A DNA stretch of 7,926 nt. It comes from a virus (taxonomy: Duplodnaviria > Heunggongvirae > Uroviricota > Caudoviricetes). The stretch is taken from the IMG/VR virus record IMGVR_UViG_2526164662_000016. One strand, given 5' to 3'. Positions 1 to 7,533 of this stretch are shown here, one piece after another. A program made the translations under genes and the position numbers. The notes below the pieces were generated by a model. It was not told the origin of the DNA. It worked only from the letters and a program-made list of their open reading frames with translations, and searched no databases. Every line of letters begins with the position of its first letter. The stretch's first letter is position 1.

Positions 1-51
1 TAAACTGGAAGGCGTCGTGAAATTATCTGACTGATACAGGAGCTGGAGAGT

Positions 52-76
52 CGGGGCATAAATTTTTTATGCCCCG
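52..76. other. Perfect palindrome/stem-loop (cggggcataaa-ttt-tttatgccccg) 27 bp past the 3' end of the portal gene; function unknown (terminator-like hairpin without U-run, or cos-proximal element)
   Basis: Read directly: 52-62 cggggcataaa is the exact reverse complement of 66-76 tttatgccccg. It lies in the non-coding stretch 1-102 downstream of Q on the minus strand. No T/U run follows on either strand. Confidence 0.3.
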
Positions 77-102
77 GCGAAGCAGCAGACAAGCGAAGCG
101 CG

Positions 103-1149
103 TCAGGATGTGGGCTGGATGTCTAACAGTGCGTAAGGGTTAAAGCGGATCACCTCTTCGCCAAGCCAGTCATTGATGTGCTTCATGGCCTCCATGACGG
201 GCATCAGCTCGTTAATTGCGTAAACCCGCGCGGCCTTCTCCACATCACCAAACGCACTTTTTTCACCCGGCATCGCCCCCATCAGTTGCGGCGGAACGCG
301 GTGCGCAGCCAGCACATCATCACGGGATGCCGCCTTAACATTCATGAACTCATCCTTTGCGGTGATCTGCTGGAACGGCAAAATTTGCACACCTTCTTTG
401 CCACCGTTGGGCGCATGAATGAGCACGTTTTTAAACGCACCGCCACCACGTGCACCCTGTAGCGTTTCTTTCAGGGAGTCCATGCTTTCGCGGTTTACCT
501 GCGCTGCACCGATGTAGATGATGCACCCGGCGTGGGATCCGTTGTCGTAATACAGTTTTCTGAACATGTCCGCCGAATGAGACAGGCTGGCCGAGAGTAA
601 TGCGCCGAGATATTCCGGCATGCCGTAGATTTCCTGGTTAATGTCAGGATTCATCAGGTGGCACACTTTGCCAGGGCGAAACTGAAACGCGTCCTTACCA
701 TCCTGCACATACCACCATGATTCAAGATCGCTTCCGCGTCGCATGTATTTCGCCAGGGCGTGCCGTAATTTAAGCGGTTCGCCGAGCATATTGCTTCGAA
801 GCTCAAGGAATGCGTTACCGAACACAAACCAGTCCAGCGCCAGCGCCGAGAAATCCTGCCGGGAAAGCAGCGGGTGCGGAATATAGCAACCGAGCAATAC
901 ATTGCGCTTAAAGTAAAGCGCAGACTGATGCCAGGACGTTTGCCGGGCAGCTCTTGCCAGACCGTACCAGTCCACCGGGGTTTCGTACCACCGCCCGTTA
1001 TCAGCACAGTACATATTGTCCAGCAGGTCATGCCCGGTCAGGCGATAAGGACCATCAAATGTGAATGCACTGAGCGATGATTCTTTCCTGAGCGCATCAG
1101 CAAGATCAATGCGTGAACTCATGCGCACTTTTTTATTTTTTCTGCTCAT
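103..1149 (-). CDS. Q: Phage portal (capsid portal) protein, P2 gpQ-like
   Basis: 348-aa ORF, first gene of a leftward Q-P pair with the same position, orientation and size as P2 Q. The ATG at 1149 is preceded on the minus strand by GGAG with 5-nt spacing and overlaps the stop of the upstream terminase gene (TGATGA), which suggests translational coupling. Assignment is from synteny and recalled family features; no search run. Confidence 0.88.
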   Translation of the reverse strand: MSRKNKKVRMSSRIDLADALRKESSLSAFTFDGPYRLTGHDLLDNMYCADNGRWYETPVDWYGLARAARQTSWHQSALYFKRNVLLGCYIPHPLLSRQDFSALALDWFVFGNAFLELRSNMLGEPLKLRHALAKYMRRGSDLESWWYVQDGKDAFQFRPGKVCHLMNPDINQEIYGMPEYLGALLSASLSHSADMFRKLYYDNGSHAGCIIYIGAAQVNRESMDSLKETLQGARGGGAFKNVLIHAPNGGKEGVQILPFQQITAKDEFMNVKAASRDDVLAAHRVPPQLMGAMPGEKSAFGDVEKAARVYAINELMPVMEAMKHINDWLGEEVIRFNPYALLDIQPTS

Positions 1150-2898
1150 CAGAACTCCATAACCGTGAAACGCTCGTTTTCTCCTTCGCCGCCAATTGGT
1201 TCGTTAATGACAGCAAGCATGGTTGCCCACGCAAGGTCGCCGTGACTGATCCCCCTCGCGCGGTCCGTTTCGTAAGTGATAAAGCCGCCCGGTGTTTTCA
1301 CCTTACGCACGGCGTTAAAGGCCGCGACCAGCTCGCGTTCGGCGCGATCGTATTCCCACCGCCCGGCACGCATTATTTGCAGCATTTTCAGTACCAGCGA
1401 CCGTTTTGATGACAGCGTGAAGGTGTACGGAATAGCAGCAGGGAAAAACCGCTTCACTATCTGATAAACAGCCTCCCCGTTCCCGCCCGTCACATCAATG
1501 CCGATGTGTTCCACGTTGTAGCGATACGTGAACTCTTCAATGACTCTGGCCTGTTCTTCAAACTCCAGCCCCTGAACGCGTCGCGTCTCCACCGTTCGAA
1601 AACGGCCACCAGGAACAGCCGGAGGAACCACCACGGACACTGCGCCGCTGTCGCCGTTTCCACTGCTGCCGTTTGCGTCATACCCAATCCATACCGGACG
1701 ATTCCCCATCGGGCGGGAGCAAAAGGTTTCCAGTCTTTCCAGTCGTCGTATCCGTCAACACCGCAGCCAATCAGGATATTCAGGTTAAATGCCGATTCCC
1801 CTTCGCGGACAAACTCACACATATAGAGATTGAGGAACTCGTCTTCGGTGTTTTCATCACGAATTTCGTCGATATCGGTGTGTTTCCAACCGTGATTGAC
1901 CACATCTTCCAGCGTGACAATTTGCCGCCACGTCCTGTCAGGGCAGATAAGCCCGTTATGCAGCGTTTTCCAGTCCACAGAAAAACGCTGGCGTTTATGC
2001 GAGGCCTTTTTCTCGTTCCAGCGGTCGCCGTTCCAGTAGGCGTATGCCTCGTGCGTTTCGGTGGATGGCGTGGAGAAGTAGGTGCGCCGCAGTCCGCTGA
2101 GGGTTGCCATAGCGCCAGCCACCTTGCGCAGTTCGGCAAAGCGACTGACCCAGAAAAATTCATCAAAATAAAAATTGCCCGTATAGGACTGTGCCGACGC
2201 AGCAGAAGTGCCGAGAAAATGCAGCTCTGCGCCGTTGGAGAGGATGATTTTATCGCCCCCTTTCAGCTCCACATCAACTTCAGCCGCGGCCTTCTGAATA
2301 ATGCTTTTAAACTGGAACGCCTGACGACGCGACGCAGACAAAAAAATCTGGTTACGCTGGTAAGGTTGCGCCACATCGTCACGCAGCGCCATCAGCAGTG
2401 CTTCCTGTGCAAAATACCAGGTCGCCCCAATCTGTCGGGATTTCAGGATCATCCTGTTACGTATCCCGGCTTCCCTGCAAAGGGTCAGGGAGTCAAACCA
2501 GCCCCGCTGATGCCACTCCAGCCTGCTGATGATTTTTTCCCGCAGTGCGGCAATCTGTTCCGGCGTGAAATGATTTTTGAGTTTTTTCGCCCGGCCTTTC
2601 TTTCCTGCGGCCATCACATCCGGCTGGCCATCATGCAGCTTTTTAAGCTGCCGGATCAGCAGGTCTATTTCCTTAAAGTCACCGCCTGTTTTATTCTGTT
2701 TTTCAGTAAGCTGGATGAGGCGCGCATCGATGGACTGCGTGACACGCTGCACGGGTGGCGTTTCATCCCACTGGTCACGTTTTTCCACGCATAAATCGTG
2801 TTCGGGTTTATTCCCATCAGACGTGATATTTCTGCGGGCGGATAACCCTGCCAGTAAAGTTGCCGCGCACGCTGGCGCACAAAAGCGTCCTGAATCAT
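1149..2898 (-). pseudogene. P: Terminase large (ATPase/nuclease) subunit, P2 gpP-like, interrupted by two frameshifts (true pseudogene or homopolymer sequencing error)
   Basis: Three consecutive minus-strand ORFs in three frames together span about 583 codons, close to the P2 gpP size I recall (about 590 aa). Segment 2898..2665 encodes the N-terminus MIQDAFVRQRARQLYWQGYPPAEISRLMGINPNTIYAWKN then runs into unconvincing sequence. Segment 2788..1490 continues with EKRDQWDETPPVQ... through the ATPase region and then degenerates after ...DWKPFAP. Segment 1709..1149 carries the C-terminal nuclease-like region RPVWIGYD...TVMEF. Frame junctions are at a T5 run (plus strand 2781-2785; A5 on the coding strand) and at the C/G runs near 1703-1716. 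Confidence 0.8.
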
Positions 2899-3052
2899 TG
2901 CTCCCCCTGAGTAATTACAGGAAGATTACCCGCGCGCGAAACTGTTCTCCTTAACCCCCTGTTCTGGCCGTTTTCTTACAACAAAAGCCCTTTGTATCAG
3001 CCTGTTACGCTTTGCCATCATGACTGAAGAACCAGTCAGAGGGGCAAAAACT
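2899..3052. promoter_or_regulatory. Divergent intergenic control region between the P/Q operon (leftward) and the O-N-M-L-X-lysis operon (rightward); expected site of activator-dependent late promoters
   Basis: 154-bp non-coding spacer between divergent start codons at 2898 (minus) and 3053 (plus). By analogy with P2, where late promoters P_P and P_O sit between P and O. I found no perfect TGT-N12-ACA dyad by eye (TGT at 2943, 2960, 2993, 3003; ACA at 2917, 2978, 2981; none with 12-nt spacing). Confidence 0.4.
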
Positions 3053-3889
3053 ATGGCTAATGAAAAAAAGACATCCCGCAAAAAGTTTCGCGTGGCTGTC
3101 TCCGGATCAACTGTTGATGGCCGTGAAATCAGCCCGGTGCATCTGCGTGAAGCCGCCGAGAACTTCAACCCGGATGTTTACGCTGCCCGCGTGAACGTTG
3201 AGCACTATCTCTCGCCATGCCCGTCAAGCGAATTTTCCGCAATGGGCGATGTCACCGCGCTGAGTACGGAAGACATTACGGAAGGTCCGCTGGCCGGACG
3301 TACTGCGCTGTATGCAGAAATCGAACCGACCGAGCGCATGAAGCAGCTTGTCGCTGACGGCAAGAAAATCTATTCCAGTATCGAACTGCACCCGCAGTTC
3401 TCCGTTAACGGGCGCGCCTATCTGGTCGGGCTGGCGATGACCGACACCCCGGCAAGCCTGGGCACTGAGCGCCTGAAATTCACGGCACAGCAACGTCAGG
3501 CGGTGATGACGTTCAACAGTATCCAGGGTGAAGCACCGCTTATCTCCGAAGCCATCGAGTCTGAAATCATCGAAATGGCAGAACAACGCCAGGAAGAAGG
3601 CACCCAGTGGTTTAACCGCGTAATGGGGATTATTGGCCGTGGCCGCAAAGCGGATGACGCCAGTTTTTCCCGTATTCAGGAAGCGGTGGAAGGCGTAGCA
3701 ACGTCACAGGCCGACATTATCGACCGTTTTAATGTGCTGGAAACCCGCCATCAGCAGGACCGCCAGAAAATCACGTCACTGACCACAGAGCTGGCAGCAC
3801 TGAAGGAAAAACTGCACACGCAGGACGGCGATCCGCAGAACCGCTTCACCGCAACGGGCGCAGCCTCCGACCAGCTGGCTGACTTCTGA
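3053..3889 (+). CDS. O: Capsid scaffolding protein (scaffold/prohead protease), P2 gpO-like
   Basis: The ORF is open from 3020, but ATG 3053 (MANEKKTSRKKFRVAVSG...) has the SD GAGGGG 9 nt upstream and aligns with my recollection of the P2 gpO N-terminus (MAKKVSKFFRIG...). Shared motifs include YLVGLAMTDTPASLGTE versus P2 YLVGLAVTDDPASLGTE as recalled. It lies immediately upstream of the major capsid gene. Alternative start at 3020. Confidence 0.85.
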   Translation: MANEKKTSRKKFRVAVSGSTVDGREISPVHLREAAENFNPDVYAARVNVEHYLSPCPSSEFSAMGDVTALSTEDITEGPLAGRTALYAEIEPTERMKQLVADGKKIYSSIELHPQFSVNGRAYLVGLAMTDTPASLGTERLKFTAQQRQAVMTFNSIQGEAPLISEAIESEIIEMAEQRQEEGTQWFNRVMGIIGRGRKADDASFSRIQEAVEGVATSQADIIDRFNVLETRHQQDRQKITSLTTELAALKEKLHTQDGDPQNRFTATGAASDQLADF

Positions 3890-3912
3890 TAAGACAAAGG
3901 AGCAAATTTTTT

Positions 3913-4965
3913 ATGAATCTGGTGATGTCAGATATTACCCGCAACAAGCTGGGTTGCTATATGGCGCAGCAGGCGTCGCTTAACAATATCCCGGTATCTG
4001 CACTGGTATCGCGATTCACCGTGGAACCCGCGGTGCAGCAGCGTTTTGAAAACGCCTCAAAGGAAAGTACCGAATTTACGAAAAGAATTAACGTGATCGG
4101 TGTGACCGACCAGAAAGGCGAAAAAATCCTCCTGGATACCACCGGGCCGATTGCGCGCACGAATACCAGTTATGACGGCACAAAACGCCGTAACCCGAAT
4201 AACGTGGTTGATCTGAAAAACCGCAAATACCAGTGCGAACAGGTGAACTACGACACGTTTATTTCATATCCGCAGCTTGATGCCTGGGCGGCACACCCTG
4301 ATTTTCAGTCCCGCATCAGCGCACAGATTGCCCGACAGGTGGCACTTGACCGCATCATGATCGGTTTCAACGGCACGTCTCACGCGGATGAGTCCAACTT
4401 CAGCACCAACAAGCTGCTTCAGGACGTTAACGTGGGATGGCTGGAGCACATCAGAACCGACGCCAGCGAGCGCGTTATGAATGACGTGACGCTGACCTCA
4501 CGCAACATGGACAACACCGTGGCGCACGCGGGTAAGTATGCGAACGCTGATGCACTGGTACAGGACGCGCGCTCATCCCTGCTGGATGAATGGCACAAGG
4601 AAGCTGACGACCTCGTGGTGATTATGGGGCGCAACCTGTTTAACTCGCTGCGTCTGCCCGTGCTGAACAGCATCAGCGGCCAGAATCCCAATGCGGAATT
4701 ACTCGCCGGGCAGCTCATTCTGTCATCGCGCACCATTGGCGGGCTGGGCGTGTTCCTTGCGCCGTTCTTCCCGGATGCAACGATGCTGATCACCTCGTTC
4801 AACAACCTGTCGATTTACTGGCAGAAAGGTTCAATGCGTCGTCTGATGAAAGACGAACCGGAATACAACCGCATCGCCACCTACCAGTCCATCAATGACG
4901 CTTATGTCGTTGAAGACTATGGCAAGTGCGCGATGGTCACTGGCCTGAAGTTCGCCGACAGCTAA
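3913..4965 (+). CDS. N: Major capsid protein, P2 gpN-like
   Basis: 350-aa ORF with AAGGAG 10 nt upstream of the ATG. Motifs match my recollection of P2 gpN: RFTVEP, KYQCEQVNYDTFISY, MIGFNGTS, LQDVNVGW, DLVVIMGRNL, NLSIYW, YVVEDYG. Position between scaffold and terminase small subunit fits. Confidence 0.92.
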   Translation: MNLVMSDITRNKLGCYMAQQASLNNIPVSALVSRFTVEPAVQQRFENASKESTEFTKRINVIGVTDQKGEKILLDTTGPIARTNTSYDGTKRRNPNNVVDLKNRKYQCEQVNYDTFISYPQLDAWAAHPDFQSRISAQIARQVALDRIMIGFNGTSHADESNFSTNKLLQDVNVGWLEHIRTDASERVMNDVTLTSRNMDNTVAHAGKYANADALVQDARSSLLDEWHKEADDLVVIMGRNLFNSLRLPVLNSISGQNPNAELLAGQLILSSRTIGGLGVFLAPFFPDATMLITSFNNLSIYWQKGSMRRLMKDEPEYNRIATYQSINDAYVVEDYGKCAMVTGLKFADS

Positions 4966-4974
4966 TCAACTCAC

Positions 4975-4993
4975 GGCGGGCATCATGCCCGCC
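4975..4993. other. GC-rich hairpin in the N-M spacer (ggcgggc-atcat-gcccgcc)
   Basis: Read directly: a 7-bp perfect stem with 5-nt loop 10 bp after the capsid gene stop. No following T-run, so more likely an mRNA-stability or processing hairpin than a strong intrinsic terminator. Confidence 0.3.
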
Positions 4994-5010
4994 TGTAACG
5001 GAGAGAAAAA

Positions 5011-5811
5011 ATGATTACTCCTGCACAGCAACACTGGCAGAACGTGATGGCACAGCGCGCAGGCCGGGCGAATGAAGGCGTGGACCACGCCGCGCGTACC
5101 GCGCATGAAGAGGTGCTGTATCGTCTGCGTCTGGCACAGGCCCGGCTTAAGGGCGTACAGGCCAGAAGCGCGAAAGCCGCCATCAAAAAAGAGTTGTTGC
5201 CGGACTTTTCCGGCTGGATTGAGGGAACGCTGGAGGCTGACGGCGGGCAGCAGGATGAAGTGATTGCCACGCTGATGGTGTGGGCGATTGACTGCGGCGA
5301 TCTTCCGCTTGCGCTGCGTATTGGTGCGTATGTGGTCCGTCACAACCTCATCATGCCGGATAACTTTGGCCGTACTGCTGCCACGGTACTGACCGAAGAA
5401 ATCTGCAACCCGGTATTGACGCAGGCCGGGACGGATGCCGACGCGGATTTGTCCACCTTTATCGAACCACTGGACACACTTTGGGAAATTGTCGCCAACC
5501 AGGATATGCCGGACGAAGTGCGCGCCAAATTATGCAAGGCGTGCGCCTTTGCCCGCCGTGGCCTGAGCGATGCGGACAGCATGACCTCATCACTGAAGCT
5601 GCTGCGCGAAGCGATGCACCTGAACCCGAACGCAGGTGTGAAACGCGAGATTGCAACCCTTTCCCGCGCCCTGAAAAAAGCTGATTCCACAGCCGCACCA
5701 GAAGATGCCAGCACACCGCAGGCGCAGGACGAAAGCAGCAAAAGTAAAAAGACAACGCGGAAGCCTGCAACACGAAAAACCACCGCGACGCAGAAGGCGA
5801 AGCGCGGTTAA
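5011..5811 (+). CDS. M: Terminase small (endonuclease/DNA-recognition) subunit, P2 gpM-like
   Basis: 266-aa ORF with GGAG 7 nt upstream. The N-terminus MITPAQQHW and motifs ELLPDF and DMPDEVRAKL match my recollection of P2 gpM. The basic Lys/Arg/Thr-rich C-terminal tail is typical of this family. Confidence 0.87.
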   Translation: MITPAQQHWQNVMAQRAGRANEGVDHAARTAHEEVLYRLRLAQARLKGVQARSAKAAIKKELLPDFSGWIEGTLEADGGQQDEVIATLMVWAIDCGDLPLALRIGAYVVRHNLIMPDNFGRTAATVLTEEICNPVLTQAGTDADADLSTFIEPLDTLWEIVANQDMPDEVRAKLCKACAFARRGLSDADSMTSSLKLLREAMHLNPNAGVKREIATLSRALKKADSTAAPEDASTPQAQDESSKSKKTTRKPATRKTTATQKAKRG

Positions 5812-5828
5812 CGACTGACCCCGTCAGC

Positions 5829-5898
5829 GGGCGGCGTGCGCGGTGTTCCGGTTTGACTCCGTGACCGTTTACACCGCGCACCCACCGCCCGATTTTTT
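5829..5898 (+). terminator. Long interrupted GC-rich inverted repeat followed by a T6 run in the M-L spacer; candidate partial intrinsic terminator or RNA structure
   Basis: Read directly: 5835-5844 gtgcgcggtg pairs with 5872-5881 caccgcgcac, and 5829-5834 gggcgg pairs with 5885-5890 ccgccc, followed by tttttt at 5893-5898 just ahead of the L ribosome-binding site. The loop is long (27 nt), so the call is tentative. Confidence 0.35.
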
Positions 5899-5912
5899 CA
5901 GGAGTGAACCCC

Positions 5913-6407
5913 ATGAGTATGGTTGCCAGAACCAACCCCGGACCCGCAGAGGACGACATCACCGATACCGATGATGGTGATACCCGTATTTCAGCGGGTG
6001 CATTCTGGCCGGATATTGTGCTGCGTGAGCTGCGTCTGGCGATACGACTGCCGGGCCGTGTGACCACCTCCCGCCTGCTGCATACCGCCACCGGGGCGGT
6101 GGCCCACGTTACCCGTGAGCTGGAAGCGTGGCAGCAGGAACAGCAGGCAGCCGGACACGAAACACTGGCCGATGTCCCGGCGCCATTAATTAACGGAGAA
6201 AGCGTCAATCTCTGGCACTGGCGCAATGCGGTTTACAGCGCCACCCGTGCCCTGATTCTGGAGCGTTACCGCGATGCGGACACAACGGATAAGGGCGACC
6301 GCCGCGCGGACGCACTGGATATACAGACATCGGATTTGTGGCGCGATGTGAGCTGGGCCATCTCTGACATTCTGTGCCGCCCGCGAATCTTTGCGGAGTT
6401 GTGCTGA
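5913..6407 (+). CDS. L: Head completion/stabilisation protein, P2 gpL-like
   Basis: ATG 5913 (MSMVARTN...) with AGGAG 9 nt upstream; the ORF track's 5904 start is an in-frame GTG. Motifs LADVPA, ERYR and DLWRDVSWAI match my recollection of P2 gpL. The stop TGA overlaps the ATG of X (TGATGA at 6405-6409). Confidence 0.85.
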   Translation: MSMVARTNPGPAEDDITDTDDGDTRISAGAFWPDIVLRELRLAIRLPGRVTTSRLLHTATGAVAHVTRELEAWQQEQQAAGHETLADVPAPLINGESVNLWHWRNAVYSATRALILERYRDADTTDKGDRRADALDIQTSDLWRDVSWAISDILCRPRIFAELC

Positions 6408-6607
6408 TGAAAGTGAAGGCACTGGAAGGCGACACCGTGGATTCGCTCTGTTTCCGGTACTACGGCACGACGCAGGGCGTCACCGAAAAGGTGCTGGATG
6501 CCAACCCCGGACTCTGTCAGCAGGTATTTCTGAACGCCGGGCAGGAAGTGGAGATGCCGGAGCCGGAGAAGAAGAAACGAGAAATGATTCAGTTGTGGGG
6601 GGAGTAG
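6407..6607 (+). CDS. X: Tail protein X (small LysM-like tail component), P2 gpX-like
   Basis: 66-aa product MKVKALEGDTVDSLCFRYYGTTQGVTEKVLDANPGL... resembles my recollection of P2 gpX (MKTFALQGDTLDAICVRYYGRTEGVVETVLAANPGL...). The ATG overlaps the L stop. Confidence 0.85.
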   Translation: MKVKALEGDTVDSLCFRYYGTTQGVTEKVLDANPGLCQQVFLNAGQEVEMPEPEKKKREMIQLWGE

Positions 6608-6609
6608 TA

Positions 6610-6933
6610 GTGAGCACCATTCAAACAGGGATCACTGAGCAGGTTATTGCATGGCTCTTTGACCACCTGCCAACGGTGTATGCAGCAGGCGCGGCGGTCA
6701 GCATTTCCGCGCTGATGAGTCTTTATGACGGACGAACACTGGTTCAGACCGTAACGGGATCGCTGGCGTGCGGCGTTCTTGCCATGGCCGTGGCCGGGTC
6801 GTTGCGCTTCTTCGGAGTTCCTGAAGATGCCGTGACGTTTTTCGGCGCATCTATCGGTTTTATGGGCGCAGAAAAAGCACGCGACAAGATCATTGCCGCC
6901 TTTAACCGCATAACCCAAAAGGGAGATGAATAA
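6610..6933 (+). CDS. Putative holin (three predicted transmembrane segments, charged C-terminus)
   Basis: GTG 6610 follows SD GGGGGAG at 6-nt spacing, 3 nt after the X stop. The 107-aa product has three hydrophobic stretches (VYAAGAAVSISALMSLY; LVQTVTGSLACGVLAMAVAGSL; AVTFFGASIGFMGA) and a charged tail EKARDKIIAAFNRITQKGDE. It sits immediately upstream of the endolysin. Start codon is uncertain; the track's 6391 start would overlap L and X and is rejected. Confidence 0.6.
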   Translation: MSTIQTGITEQVIAWLFDHLPTVYAAGAAVSISALMSLYDGRTLVQTVTGSLACGVLAMAVAGSLRFFGVPEDAVTFFGASIGFMGAEKARDKIIAAFNRITQKGDE

Positions 6934-6987
6934 GCCACAGGCTTAAAGCCGGTAATCACCATAAAAATCATTCACAGAGGTGACGAA

Positions 6988-7533
6988 ATGAAATCGAAAG
7001 ACGAAATTTTTGATGCCGTTCTTGGCAAAGAAGGCGGCTACGTCAATCACCCGGATGACAGAGGCGGTCCGACAAAATGGGGCATCACTGAAAAGGTGGC
7101 ACGGGCGCACGGATACCGTGGCGATATGCGTGATTTAACGCGCGGACAGGCACTGGAAATCCTTGAAGCTGATTACTGGTACGGACCGCGTTTTGATCAG
7201 ATAGCGAAGCTGTCCCCGGATATTGCCGCAGAACTGTGTGACACCGGAGTAAATATGGGGCCCTCTGTGGCAACCAGAATGCTTCAGCGCTGGCTGAACG
7301 TATTTAATCAGGGCGGGAAACTGTATCCCGATATGGACACGGACGGACGCACTGGCCCACGCACGATTAACGCATTGCGTGTATATCTGGAAAAACGCGG
7401 TCGGGACGGCGAGATGGTGATGTTAACAGCACTGAACTGTACACAGGGTGAACGCTATCTGGAGCTGGCGGAAAAACGCGAAGCCAACGAGTCGTTTGTC
7501 TACGGCTGGATAAAGGAACGCGTGGCAGCATGA
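6988..7533 (+). CDS. Endolysin, glycoside hydrolase family 108 N-acetylmuramidase with C-terminal peptidoglycan-binding domain
   Basis: 181-aa ORF with SD GAGGTG 5 nt upstream. The N-terminal EGGYVNHPDDRGGPTKWGIT contains the GH108 signature EGGY with the catalytic Glu. The C-terminal half resembles a PG_binding_3-type domain. It lies between the holin and spanin genes. Confidence 0.85.
   Translation: MKSKDEIFDAVLGKEGGYVNHPDDRGGPTKWGITEKVARAHGYRGDMRDLTRGQALEILEADYWYGPRFDQIAKLSPDIAAELCDTGVNMGPSVATRMLQRWLNVFNQGGKLYPDMDTDGRTGPRTINALRVYLEKRGRDGEMVMLTALNCTQGERYLELAEKREANESFVYGWIKERVAA

Noticed and set aside
1673-2794. 373-aa plus-strand ORF
   Set aside because: Lies entirely antisense to the terminase ATPase gene, whose minus-strand frames show the recognisable protein. 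Long antisense ORFs are common in GC-rich coding sequence, and this product is low-complexity and Arg/Pro/Val-rich.
2770-2800. Programmed ribosomal frameshifting as an explanation for the terminase frame changes
   Set aside because: There is no precedent for programmed frameshifting in P2-family terminase ATPase genes; the known P2 frameshift is in the tail genes E/E'. Both sites are simple homopolymer runs without a canonical slippery heptamer plus downstream structure, so indel mutation or sequencing error is far more likely.
3020-3052. Upstream ATG 3020 as the start of the scaffold gene
   Set aside because: It has no Shine-Dalgarno, whereas ATG 3053 has GAGGGG at 9-nt spacing and matches the recalled P2 gpO N-terminus. 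Kept only as an alternative.
2926-3168. 80-aa minus-strand ORF across the P/O intergenic region
   Set aside because: It overlaps the O start and the divergent promoter spacer in antisense, with no ribosome-binding site and no recognisable features.
3224-3586. 120-aa minus-strand ORF inside the scaffold gene
   Set aside because: Antisense to the well-supported O gene, with no ribosome-binding site and no recognisable protein features.
5459-6226. 255-aa minus-strand ORF spanning the M-L region
   Set aside because: Antisense to two well-supported plus-strand genes and to the structured spacer. The product is Arg/Ser/Cys-rich without domain-like features and has no ribosome-binding site context.
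6391-6609. Extended start (ATG 6391) for the holin ORF
   Set aside because: It would overlap the end of L and all of X in another frame. The GTG at 6610 with a strong GGGGGAG Shine-Dalgarno directly after the X stop is the plausible start.
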